Below are positions 31,819 through 40,675 of a DNA stretch of 64,000 nt, piece by piece. Numbering within the stretch: position 1 is the first letter of the stretch; each line of letters starts with the position of its first letter. This DNA comes from Flavobacteriales bacterium (GTDB lineage Bacteria; Bacteroidota; Bacteroidia; Flavobacteriales_F; PHOS-HE28): assembly GCA_044507815.1 (NCBI GenBank), contig JBIQIX010000014.1, positions 18,057 to 82,056 on the forward strand, in the 5' to 3' direction. Made by a program: the position numbers and the translations under genes. The notes under the pieces are model-generated. The model searched no databases. It worked only from the letters and a program-made list of their open reading frames with translations, and was not told the origin of the DNA.

Positions 31819-33093
31819 GTGAAAGCCTCAAGTACGCCATACCTGCTCCTGTTCCTGTGCATGGCCGCAGTGGTGCCCGTACGGGGCCAAGGCCGGGTGG
31901 CGGATCCAGGCGATTGCATCGATGCCATTTTCATCAAGGATTCGATCATTACCTGCGACAGGCCCGTGCGCGGATTCGGGAATGTGCTCGAGATCAAGGA
32001 GAACCCCAGTTCCGACCTGAAATGGCTGGAGCGCGAGCACAACACGGTATGGTACCTGTTCAGGGCCCCCGTTACAGGCCCCTTGACCTTCGACATTATT
32101 CCGCATGACGTGGAGGATGATCTCGACTTCCTGCTTTTCCAGGGCAACGTGCCCGACTTCTGCGAAAAGGTGCGCACCAAGCAGGTGGTTCCTGTAAGAA
32201 GCAATATCTCCCGCAACGACAGGGCGTTGAATTCGATGTGCGGCCTATCCAAGGAGGCCAGCGACGATCATGTGCGATCGGGCGTGGGCAGTTCCTACAG
32301 CCGCGCCCTGGATGTGGTGGAAGGTGACATGTACTACCTGCTGGTGGATTATCCGCAACGGCCGCGGGCCGGGTTCACCGTGCATTTCCATTACCCGGCT
32401 CCACCGCAGCCCCCGCCGGCGCCCGAAAAGCCCCAAACGCTGATCGTATCAGTGGTCGATAGCGCATCGGGAGCCCCGCTGCAGGCCTCGATCTCCATTG
32501 AGGGCATGCGCTTCGATTCCATTGTGCAGGCCAAGGGCCAAAGCCGTTACGAGTTCAACATGGACAACTACCGCAACCTGCGGATCAATTGCTTGCGCCA
32601 AGGCTACATGTTCCGCAGCCAGCGGGTAAAGCCATCGGGCGATGCCTTGGTGGAAGTGGAGGTGGCCCTGGTGCCGATCAAGCCGGGCACCAAGGTGGTG
32701 CTGGACGACATCCGCTTTGTAGGCAACGACAGCAAGGTGCTGCGCAATTCGGAAGGCTCGCTGTACATGCTGCTGCATTTCATGGAACAGAACCCGACGG
32801 CGCGGATCGAGATCCAAGGCCACGTGAACGGGCCTTCGGTAAAAAAGAAGATGAACACCGAATTGGTGGAGTTGAGCACCGAAAGGGCCCAAACGGTCTT
32901 CAATTTCCTGTTGGTGAACGATATCGACCCTTCCCGCTTGGCCTATGTGGGGCTCGGCAATGCGCACATGCTCTACCCGGAGCCGCGCAACAAGGCCGAA
33001 AGCGAGGCCAACCGCCGCGTGGAGGTGCGCATTACGGCATACGACCAGTTGGCCACGCCTTCCGCACCGTCGCCACGCCGCCCATCCCATTGA
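31819..33093 (+). CDS. OmpA-family protein (N-terminal unknown domain, CarboxypepD_reg-like segment, OmpA C-terminal peptidoglycan-binding domain)
   Basis: C-terminus IEIQGHVNG.......ELSTERAQTVFNFLLVNDIDPSRLAYVGLGNAHMLYP.......EANRRVEVRI is OmpA_C-like. GTG 31819 gives a plausible signal peptide (VKASSTPYLLLFLCMAAVVPVRGQG). ATG 31690 is the longest-ORF alternative. Confidence 0.82.
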   Translation: MKASSTPYLLLFLCMAAVVPVRGQGRVADPGDCIDAIFIKDSIITCDRPVRGFGNVLEIKENPSSDLKWLEREHNTVWYLFRAPVTGPLTFDIIPHDVEDDLDFLLFQGNVPDFCEKVRTKQVVPVRSNISRNDRALNSMCGLSKEASDDHVRSGVGSSYSRALDVVEGDMYYLLVDYPQRPRAGFTVHFHYPAPPQPPPAPEKPQTLIVSVVDSASGAPLQASISIEGMRFDSIVQAKGQSRYEFNMDNYRNLRINCLRQGYMFRSQRVKPSGDALVEVEVALVPIKPGTKVVLDDIRFVGNDSKVLRNSEGSLYMLLHFMEQNPTARIEIQGHVNGPSVKKKMNTELVELSTERAQTVFNFLLVNDIDPSRLAYVGLGNAHMLYPEPRNKAESEANRRVEVRITAYDQLATPSAPSPRRPSH

Positions 33094-33148
33094 ACGGCGC
33101 TCCCTACAGGGCGCGGCTATTTTTGTTCCCCTTACCCAAGGGCCAAAC

Positions 33149-34567
33149 ATGCGGTTGATCATCGGGCTGTTCCTAATTGTGTGGTTGCAGGGTGCCATGG
33201 CCCAAGCGCCGCTCACCTTGGAACAATGCTTGGCCAAGGCGCAGTCGGCCAACCTCGATGTGCGCGATGCCATGCTCAATGCCGAATTGGCGGATGAGGC
33301 CAGCGACCAGTCGCGCTGGAACCTGCTGCCCACGCTCAATGGCGCCGCCACCCACGGCTACAACTGGGGCAAGACCATCGACCAGTACACCAACACCTTC
33401 GCCAGCAGCCGGGTGCGCACCAACAACCTGTACTTGAGCAGCGATGTGGTGCTCTTCCAGGGGGGGGCGTTGCGGCAACGGATCAAGCAGGCCGATGTGA
33501 ACCGCAAAGCGGCGGGCAGTGCATTGCAGGCCGCCCGCGACAATGTGGCCGTGGCGGTGGTGCGGGCCTTCCTGGACCTAGTGGGCACGCGCGAGCAGGT
33601 GGCCGCTGCTGCCGAACAGGCGGCTGCCACCCGTGCGCAGGTACAAGTGACCGGTGAAATGGTGCAGGCAGGCCGGGTCGCACGGGCCGACCTGCTGGAG
33701 GTACAGGCACAGGCAGCGCAGGAGGAGTACAACCTGGAGAACCTGCGCACACAGGCCGAAAGCGCCAAGATCACCCTGGCCCAGTTGATGCAGCTCGAAC
33801 CGGCGGAAGTGGAGGCCTTCGATATTGTGGCCCCGGGTACCGGCACCATGGAACCCACCGCACCCACGGCCACCGTAGAGGAAGTGCTGCCGAAGGTGCT
33901 GGCCACCAATCCGTTCTACCAACGGGCGGCCTTCGCCCGGGAAAGCGCGCGGCACGGAACCCGCATTGCCAAGGCCACCGGCTACCCCTTGCTTGCATTG
34001 GGGGGCACGTTGGGCACCGGCTATTCGGGCCGCAACCTGGAGGCCGTGGGCCAGCCCAAGCCCGACGGTTCGATCTTGATCGGTGCAACCAGTAGCGGAG
34101 AACCGGTATTCGCGCCCAACTTCTCCCAAAGCACCCGGGTAAAATCGTTCGGACAGCAACTGGACGACAATTTGAATGAATCCATTGGGCTTACGCTCAA
34201 CATCCCCATCTTCAACAACCTGCGCAACCATTATGCGATCGGCCAGGCCCGCATACAGGAGGACCTTGCGGAGAACGACCTGCTGCGCGCGCGCAACAGC
34301 CTGCAGGTGGATGTGCAGAACGCCCTCACCGCCCAACGGGGTGCCTTCCGGCAGTACATCAGCGCCAAAACGGCCCTCGACGCAGCGCAGGAAGCCCTGC
34401 GCATGGCCGAGGAACGCTTCGCCTCCCAGGCCGCCACGGCAACCGACCTTACCTTGGCCAAGTCGCGGCAGCAACAGGCCAACGCCCAGCTGATCAGCGC
34501 CAAGTACAATTACCTCATGGCCATGAACGTCCTGAACATCTTGCAGGGCCTGCCCGTAAGTCTTTAG
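33149..34567 (+). CDS. TolC-family outer membrane efflux protein
   Basis: Signal peptide MRLIIGLFLIVWLQGAMAQ, then LTLEQCLAKAQSANLDVRDA. Two internally repeated helical halves end ..AKYNYLMAMNVLNILQG, as in outer membrane factor proteins. Confidence 0.88.
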   Translation: MRLIIGLFLIVWLQGAMAQAPLTLEQCLAKAQSANLDVRDAMLNAELADEASDQSRWNLLPTLNGAATHGYNWGKTIDQYTNTFASSRVRTNNLYLSSDVVLFQGGALRQRIKQADVNRKAAGSALQAARDNVAVAVVRAFLDLVGTREQVAAAAEQAAATRAQVQVTGEMVQAGRVARADLLEVQAQAAQEEYNLENLRTQAESAKITLAQLMQLEPAEVEAFDIVAPGTGTMEPTAPTATVEEVLPKVLATNPFYQRAAFARESARHGTRIAKATGYPLLALGGTLGTGYSGRNLEAVGQPKPDGSILIGATSSGEPVFAPNFSQSTRVKSFGQQLDDNLNESIGLTLNIPIFNNLRNHYAIGQARIQEDLAENDLLRARNSLQVDVQNALTAQRGAFRQYISAKTALDAAQEALRMAEERFASQAATATDLTLAKSRQQQANAQLISAKYNYLMAMNVLNILQGLPVSL

Positions 34568-34569
34568 CC

Positions 34570-35259
34570 GTGGCCCTGTTGCTCAGCTTCGACACGGCGA
34601 CCCCCCATTTGGCGGTGGCGCTTTCCCGGGGCGCCACGCCTTTGGCCTGGCGCGAGGATCCCGGCCCGGCACTTTCGCACGCCGAACTGCTCAACGTGTT
34701 CATCGCCGGGGTATTGGCGGATGCGGGGGTGCGCTTCGCCGACCTGCACGCCGTGGCCGTGGGCACCGGACCGGGCAGCTATACCGGCCTGCGCATCGGC
34801 CTCTCGGCCGCCAAGGGCCTCTGCTTCGCGCTGGATAAGCCGTTGATCGGCATGGGCACGCTGGAGGTGCTGCTGCACCAAGTGTTTGCTACGCAGCAAT
34901 TACCGGGGGCATCCCGGTTGTTCCCCATGGTGGATGCGCGCCGCATGGAAGTGTACACGCGGGCCTTCGATGGCGCGGGGCAGCCCTTGGACACGACCCG
35001 GCCGGTGGAGCTGGATGAGGCCTGGTGCGCGGCCCAAGTACCCGGCACGGTGGTTTTTGGCGATGGCGCCGATAAGGCGGCGGCCCTGTGGCGCCAATTT
35101 CCACACCTGGTTCATGTGCCGGGGATAAGGCCCGCCGTGCAAGGGCTGGCCCGCTGCGCGCAGGGTTATGCCGCGGCCGGCCGGTACGGCGACCTGGCGT
35201 ATTTGGTGCCCGAGTACGGCAAGCCCGCCAACGTGGCCCAAAAGCGGGGAAAGGAATGA
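34570..35259 (+). CDS. tsaB: tRNA t6A37 biosynthesis protein TsaB (YeaZ)
   Basis: LLSFDTATPHLAVALS.., ..HAVAVGTGPGSYTGLRIGLSAAKGL... GTG start 3 nt after the TolC stop. Confidence 0.88.
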   Translation: MALLLSFDTATPHLAVALSRGATPLAWREDPGPALSHAELLNVFIAGVLADAGVRFADLHAVAVGTGPGSYTGLRIGLSAAKGLCFALDKPLIGMGTLEVLLHQVFATQQLPGASRLFPMVDARRMEVYTRAFDGAGQPLDTTRPVELDEAWCAAQVPGTVVFGDGADKAAALWRQFPHLVHVPGIRPAVQGLARCAQGYAAAGRYGDLAYLVPEYGKPANVAQKRGKE

Positions 35260-35349
35260 CCGAAGCGCGGAGCGGCACGTCCCTGCGCACTTTTTTCCGC
35301 CCAAGGCCGGTCGTCAACAAGAGGTTGTTGGTTTTCCGGTGAAAGGCAT

Positions 35350-35357
35350 TACATTTG
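35350..35357 (+). promoter_or_regulatory. Bacteroidota-type -7 promoter box: TACATTTG (rplM-rpsI promoter)
   Basis: Exact TAnnTTTG match. It overlaps the ATG at 35355 that the ORF track uses as the rplM start. Confidence 0.5.
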
Positions 35358-35399
35358 CGCCCCCTTAGTAGGGAACGTCCTATCAATACCCCCTTTACC

Positions 35400-35855
35400 G
35401 TGGCATCCACATCCCATACCACATCCATGGCCAATGCAGCCACCACGCAGAAAGAATGGCTGCTGGTCGATGCAGAGAACGAGGTCATCGGGCGCTTGGC
35501 CAGCAAGATCGCCATGCTGGTGCGTGGCAAGCACAAGCCCACATTCACCGCGCACGTGGACACGGGTGACCACGTGATCGTGGTGAACGCTGAAAAGATC
35601 CGCCTCACCGGCAACAAGATGGCCGATAAGGAGTACCAGCGCTACAGCATGTACCCGGGCGGCCAGCGCAGCGAAACGGCCGAGCGGCTGATCGCACGCA
35701 AGCCCGAGGCCCTGCTGGAACATGCGGTCCGCGGCATGTTGCCCAAAACGCGGTTGGGGCGCGCGCAATTCAACAACTTGCACGTGGTGGTGGGCACCGA
35801 GCATAAGCACAGTGCGCAGAAGCCCCGCCAGATCGACCTTAACACCATCAAGTGA
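35400..35855 (+). CDS. rplM: 50S ribosomal protein L13
   Basis: ..[56 protein letters not shown]... GTG 35400 gives a 151-aa product, the usual L13 length, and lies downstream of the -7 box. Confidence 0.94.
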   Translation: MASTSHTTSMANAATTQKEWLLVDAENEVIGRLASKIAMLVRGKHKPTFTAHVDTGDHVIVVNAEKIRLTGNKMADKEYQRYSMYPGGQRSETAERLIARKPEALLEHAVRGMLPKTRLGRAQFNNLHVVVGTEHKHSAQKPRQIDLNTIK

Positions 35856-35857
35856 GC

Positions 35858-36244
35858 ATGGAGCCCATCATTAGCCTCGGCCGCCGGAAAACCTCCGTGG
35901 CACGCGTTACCCTTACCGAGGGCAGCGGCAACGTATATGTGAACGGTGTGGAAGGAAAGGAATACTTCCCCATCCTTACCCAGCAATTCAAATTGAACCA
36001 ACCCTTCAAGCTTACGGGCACCGAGGGCAAGTTCGATGTGACCGTGAATGTTGACGGCGGCGGGATCACCGGACAGGTGGAGGCCGTACGCCTGGGCATT
36101 GCCCGCGCCTTGGTGAGCGCGGACGAGGCACACAAGCCCTTGTTGAAGGCCGAGGACCTGATGACGCGCAACCCCCGCGAGGTGGAGCGCAAGAAGTTCG
36201 GCCGCAAGAAGGCACGCAAGCGCTACCAGTTCAGCAAGCGTTGA
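35858..36244 (+). CDS. rpsI: 30S ribosomal protein S9
   Basis: MEPIISLGRRKTSVARV.., C-terminal ..RNPREVERKKFGRKKARKRYQFSKR. 128 aa from ATG 35858. Confidence 0.97.
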   Translation: MEPIISLGRRKTSVARVTLTEGSGNVYVNGVEGKEYFPILTQQFKLNQPFKLTGTEGKFDVTVNVDGGGITGQVEAVRLGIARALVSADEAHKPLLKAEDLMTRNPREVERKKFGRKKARKRYQFSKR

Positions 36245-36402
36245 TATCCCACGCTTGTTGAAGCCCGCCAGGGCCCCGAGCCAAAACGAGGGAGCGAAGG
36301 CGGGTTCAGCATCCAATTCGGCCAGACCCGGGAAACCGGCTACCGCGCCGGATGCCTGCAAAACGGGAAAAAGGAAAGTGAACCCATAAACAGCAAGTTG
36401 AC

Positions 36403-37254
36403 ATGGCTCGTCTCGAATTCAATACCCTGCTGGAGGCAGGCGTGCACTTCGGCCACCTGCGCCGCAAGTGGAACCCCAACATGGCGCCCTACATCTTCGC
36501 CGAGAAGAAGGGCATCCATATCATCGACCTCAATAAAACGGCCGTAAAGCTGGAAGAGGCCTCCAACGCCATGCGCTCCATTGCGCGAAGCGGGAAGAAG
36601 ATCCTCTTCGTGGCCACCAAAAAGCAGGCGAAGGACATTGTGGCCGACAAGGTGAAGCCCACCGGTATGCCCTATGTTACGGAACGCTGGAGCGGGGGCA
36701 TGCTCACCAACTTCGGCACCATCCGCCGCGCCATCAAGAAGATGTCCAACATCGACCGCATGAAGGTTGATGGCACCTTCGACAATATGAGCAAGCGCGA
36801 ACGGCTGCAGGTGAGCCGCCAGCGCGAAAAAATGGAGAAGAACCTGGGCAGCATCGCCGACCTTACCCGGCTGCCCAGTGCGCTGTTCATCGTGGACATC
36901 GTGAAGGAGCACATCGCATTGGCCGAGGCCCGCAAACTGGGCATCCCCACCTTTGCCATGGTGGACACCAACAGCGATCCCTCCTTGGTCGATTTCCCCA
37001 TTCCCGCCAACGACGATGCCACCAAGAGCATCGAGCTGATCGTGGATACCATGATCGCGGCCATCCAAGAGGGGCTTGAGGACCGCAAGCGCGACAAGGA
37101 CAGCGGCACCGCCACCCCCGATGAGGAAGGCGATGAAGAGACCGCCGAGTCCACGGCCGAGCGTCTTGCCCGCGAGCGCCGCAAGCCGGCCAACGCCGAA
37201 GTGGCCGAACCGGCAAGCAGCGAGGGCGCCGAGGGCGAGGCCACCGCGGAATAA
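36403..37254 (+). CDS. rpsB: 30S ribosomal protein S2
   Basis: LLEAGVHFGHLRRKWNPNMAPYIF.....IHIIDLNKT, ..FVATKKQAK.., followed by an acidic C-terminal tail. Confidence 0.97.
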   Translation: MARLEFNTLLEAGVHFGHLRRKWNPNMAPYIFAEKKGIHIIDLNKTAVKLEEASNAMRSIARSGKKILFVATKKQAKDIVADKVKPTGMPYVTERWSGGMLTNFGTIRRAIKKMSNIDRMKVDGTFDNMSKRERLQVSRQREKMEKNLGSIADLTRLPSALFIVDIVKEHIALAEARKLGIPTFAMVDTNSDPSLVDFPIPANDDATKSIELIVDTMIAAIQEGLEDRKRDKDSGTATPDEEGDEETAESTAERLARERRKPANAEVAEPASSEGAEGEATAE

Positions 37255-37319
37255 GCGTGCGGCTGCCGACGGCCGCCCCGGATGTTTTCAATTTTCAACC
37301 TTAAAGCATGAGCATAACC

Positions 37320-38144
37320 ATGGCCATTACCGCCTCTGACGTGAACAAGCTGCGCCAAATGACCGGCGCCGGCATGATGGATTGTAAAAAGGCCCTCGAG
37401 GAGGCCAACGGCGACTTTGAGGCCGCCATCGACCTGCTCCGCAAGAAAGGCCAGAAAGTGGCCGCCAAGCGCGCCGACCGCGAGGCCAGCGAGGGCCTGG
37501 TGCTGGCCAAGACCAATGCCGCCAACACCAAGGGCGTGCTGGTGAGCGTGAACTGCGAAACCGACTTCGTGGCCAAGAATGCCGACTTCGGCAAAATGGC
37601 CGATACCATCGCCGATATCGCACTGGAGAAAATGACCTCCGACGTGGAAACGCTGAAGGCGCTGCCCTACGGCGATGGCCTCACCATTGCGGACAAGCTG
37701 ACCGAGCAGACCGGCGTGATCGGTGAAAAGATCGATGTGGGCTACTGCCAGACCATCGGCGCGGAATTCGTTTACGCCTACAACCACCCGGGCAACCGCG
37801 TGGCCAGCCTGGTGGGCATGAACAAGGCCGGCCATGAGCAGGTGGCCAAGGATGTGGCCATGCAGGCCGCCGCCATGGCCCCGATCGCCCTGGACAAGGC
37901 CAGCACCCCGCAAGAGGTGGTGGACAAGGAACTGGAGATCGGCAAGGAACTGGCCATCCAGGAAGGAAAGCCGGCCGACATGGCGGAAAAGATCGCCCAA
38001 GGCCGCCTGAACAAGTTCTTCAAGGAAAGCACCCTGTTGGCCCAGGAGTTCATCAAGGACAACAAGATGAGCGTTGAGCAATACGTGCAAAAGGCCGACA
38101 AGGACCTGAAAGTGACGGATTTCAAGCGCCACGCACTGGCCTGA
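37320..38144 (+). CDS. tsf: Translation elongation factor Ts
   Basis: MAITASDVNKLRQMTGAGMMDCKKALEEANGDFEAAIDLLRKKG. ATG 37308 is an alternative start. Confidence 0.97.
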   Translation: MAITASDVNKLRQMTGAGMMDCKKALEEANGDFEAAIDLLRKKGQKVAAKRADREASEGLVLAKTNAANTKGVLVSVNCETDFVAKNADFGKMADTIADIALEKMTSDVETLKALPYGDGLTIADKLTEQTGVIGEKIDVGYCQTIGAEFVYAYNHPGNRVASLVGMNKAGHEQVAKDVAMQAAAMAPIALDKASTPQEVVDKELEIGKELAIQEGKPADMAEKIAQGRLNKFFKESTLLAQEFIKDNKMSVEQYVQKADKDLKVTDFKRHALA

Positions 38145-38157
38145 TCACCGCCTTGCG

Positions 38158-38203
38158 AAAAATGGCAACGGCCCCGCGGAAACGTGGGGCCGTTGCCATT
38201 TTA
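38158..38203. terminator. Strong bidirectional intrinsic terminator (20-bp stem, GAAA tetraloop, A-run/T-run flanks)
   Basis: AAAATGGCAACGGCCCCGCG-GAAA-CGTGGGGCCGTTGCCATTTT. It lies between the convergent tsf stop (38144) and the stop of the minus-strand T9SS cargo gene (38219). Confidence 0.78.
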
Positions 38204-38218
38204 CCCCCCGGCAGGGAG

Positions 38219-39232
38219 TCATTGAATGAGCACCCGGACCTGCTGCAAGGGCGTGCCATCCGTTTCAATGAGCAGCCAATAGCTGCCCGGCTCCACCATG
38301 CTTGTATTCAATTGCCAATTCGGACCACTCACGGACCTGCGCATGACCAACTGCCCAAGCAGGTCAATGAGTGAAACCGTGGCGGCACCACTTGGGCCAC
38401 CTTCCACGTTGATGGTTGCCTTGGCCGGGATGGGGTAGACCTTGAAGGAATTGGTTGCGTGCCCGTCCATCGATTGCTGGATGTTCACTGCGCAAGCTGG
38501 ATATCCGTTGTGCCGCCAAAGAAGCGTACCATTCCGGGCATAGCACGTCAACCGGGTGGAATCGGGGATCCCGGATGCATAAGGATCTTCGAGTGCCCCC
38601 GCCGATAGGGGCGCCAATGGACCATGCAGGCTGCCGATGCCCTCGATCCAAGTATCGCTTAAATAGCTTTCAAGGCTCATGTAAAGCGTGCTTGAACTGA
38701 AGCGGAAAACCCGGCGTGTCACATTCTCTATCTGGACAAGGTCGATGGCCTCGACAGTAAGGGTGTCGCGGAAATTGGATCCTGCCCTGCCAAAGGGCAT
38801 GGCCATGCCAACCTGCAGGCCGAAGTTGTACACTGTGTCCACCGGGAAACCGGGCTCGCCGAACAGGACCAATTGCCCGGCCTGGCGCACAAGGCCGCGG
38901 AACATGGGCACTGCGGCACTTGAAGTTCCGGTGGAGTACATCCGTTGCCAGGTTTCACCATTGATCACGGTATCGCCTGAATAGGTGTAGAGCGTGGAGG
39001 AGGTCGCAACGAAATCCGGATGTTCCTGTGAGCCTTGTGGAAATGAATGGGCCACGTGCCATGCGCCATTCACATCATCGAAGCGAATGACCGATTGGGC
39101 AGCGCCGACGGTGGCGGATAGAAGAAAGCACGCGAAGAGGACCCAGATGATCAGGCTGTGGGGCGCCCTATGCCCATGGGATGAAAGTGTGGCGGGGTCA
39201 GACATCGTGCTCGAGCCGTGATCTGTCGGCAT
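38219..39232 (-). CDS. Hypothetical secreted protein with T9SS C-terminal sorting domain
   Basis: N-terminal hydrophobic segment HSLIIWVLFACFLLSATVGAAQS. C-terminal FKVYPIPAKATINVEGG...ATVSLIDLLGQLV.......GSYWLLIETDGTPLQQVRVLIQ is CTD-like. The start is ambiguous among 39205, 39232 and 39286. Confidence 0.75.
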   Translation of the reverse strand: MPTDHGSSTMSDPATLSSHGHRAPHSLIIWVLFACFLLSATVGAAQSVIRFDDVNGAWHVAHSFPQGSQEHPDFVATSSTLYTYSGDTVINGETWQRMYSTGTSSAAVPMFRGLVRQAGQLVLFGEPGFPVDTVYNFGLQVGMAMPFGRAGSNFRDTLTVEAIDLVQIENVTRRVFRFSSSTLYMSLESYLSDTWIEGIGSLHGPLAPLSAGALEDPYASGIPDSTRLTCYARNGTLLWRHNGYPACAVNIQQSMDGHATNSFKVYPIPAKATINVEGGPSGAATVSLIDLLGQLVMRRSVSGPNWQLNTSMVEPGSYWLLIETDGTPLQQVRVLIQ

Positions 39233-39313
39233 GCGGATGCGGGTGGATACGAAAGTAGCTGATCCGGGAAACACAATTCCCTGCATGGGTCCCGGGTCCT
39301 ATTTTCGCGCCCG

Positions 39314-40042
39314 ATGAACCAGGCTGCCCCTCCCCGGAAATTCAAGCGGATCCTTTTGAAACTCTCGGGCGAAAGCCTGATGGGCGACCAGGCTTACGGG
39401 ATCAGCAGCAAGCGGCTGAGGCAATATGCCGAGGAGATCGTGGCAGTGGCACAGGCCGGTGTTGAAGTGGCCATTGTGATCGGTGGCGGCAACATATACC
39501 GGGGCATCCAGGCCGAGGCCAGCGGCATCGACCGTGTGCAGGGCGACCATATGGGCATGTTGGCCACCGTGATCAACAGTTTGGCCCTGCAAAGCGCATT
39601 GGAGACCGCCGGAATAAAGACACGCCTGCTCAGTGCGATCAAAATGGAGCAGATCGCCGAGCCGTTCATTCGCCGCAGGGCGGTGCGCCACCTGGAAAAA
39701 GGGCGCATCGTGATCTTCGGCGCGGGCACGGGCAACCCTTACTTCACCACGGACAGTGCGGCGAGCCTGCGCGCCATCGAGATCGAGGCCGATGTGATCC
39801 TGAAGGGCACCCGTGTGGACGGCATTTACACGGCCGATCCCGAGAAAGACCCCACGGCCACGCGTTACGACACGATCTCGTTCGATGAGGTGTACGAGAA
39901 GGGCCTTGCCGTGATGGACATGACGGCATTCACGCTATGCCGCGAGAACAAGTTGCCGATCATTGTCTTCGACATGAACAAGCCCGGCAACCTGCACAAA
40001 CTGGTGAGCGGGGAGCAGTTGGGCACGTTGGTGGAGTTCTGA
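39314..40042 (+). CDS. pyrH: UMP kinase
   Basis: [14 protein letters not shown].., ..[13 protein letters not shown].., ..[26 protein letters not shown]. Confidence 0.97.
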   Translation: MNQAAPPRKFKRILLKLSGESLMGDQAYGISSKRLRQYAEEIVAVAQAGVEVAIVIGGGNIYRGIQAEASGIDRVQGDHMGMLATVINSLALQSALETAGIKTRLLSAIKMEQIAEPFIRRRAVRHLEKGRIVIFGAGTGNPYFTTDSAASLRAIEIEADVILKGTRVDGIYTADPEKDPTATRYDTISFDEVYEKGLAVMDMTAFTLCRENKLPIIVFDMNKPGNLHKLVSGEQLGTLVEF

Positions 40043-40104
40043 CCCGTGCTGCGCGCGGCGATCGTGTCGAAAGGGGTAACTTCGCGCCTCTTTCCAAAAT
40101 ACCC

Positions 40105-40665
40105 ATGAGCGACGTAACCTCCCTGATCGCGCAATGCGAGGACCTTGACCGCAAGGCGGTGGACCACCTTGAGAAGGAATTGGTGAAGATCCGCGCCGGC
40201 CGTGCCAACCCGGCCATGCTGGAGGGCGTGCGTGTGGAATACTATGGCAGCGAGGTCCCGTTGAGCCAGGTGAGCAACATCAACACGCCCGACGCACGCA
40301 CCATCATTGTGCAGCCGTGGGAAAAGAAGATGATCGACCCGATCGAAAAGGCGATCATGGCGGCCAATCTGGGCTTCAACCCCAGCAACAATGGCGAACA
40401 CGTGATCATTGCAGTGCCCATGCTCACGGAGGACCGCCGCAAGGACCTTGTGAAGATGGCAGGGCGCGAGGGCGAGAATGCGCGCGTGAGCATCCGCGGC
40501 GCGCGCCAAAAGGCCATGGAGGGCATTAAGAAGGCGCAGAAGGAAGGATTGCCGGAGGATGTGGCCAAAAGTGCCGAAGGTGAAGTGGAGAAAGCGACCG
40601 GCAAATGGAACAAGAAAGTGGATGAGCTGATCGCGGCCAAGGAGAAGGAGATCATGACCGTGTGA
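40105..40665 (+). CDS. frr: Ribosome recycling factor
   Basis: ..HLEKELVKIRAGRANPAMLEGVRVEYYGS..PLSQVSNINTPDARTIIVQPWEK... 186 aa from ATG 40105. Confidence 0.97.
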   Translation: MSDVTSLIAQCEDLDRKAVDHLEKELVKIRAGRANPAMLEGVRVEYYGSEVPLSQVSNINTPDARTIIVQPWEKKMIDPIEKAIMAANLGFNPSNNGEHVIIAVPMLTEDRRKDLVKMAGREGENARVSIRGARQKAMEGIKKAQKEGLPEDVAKSAEGEVEKATGKWNKKVDELIAAKEKEIMTV

Positions 40666-40675
40666 CTCCTCGGCC

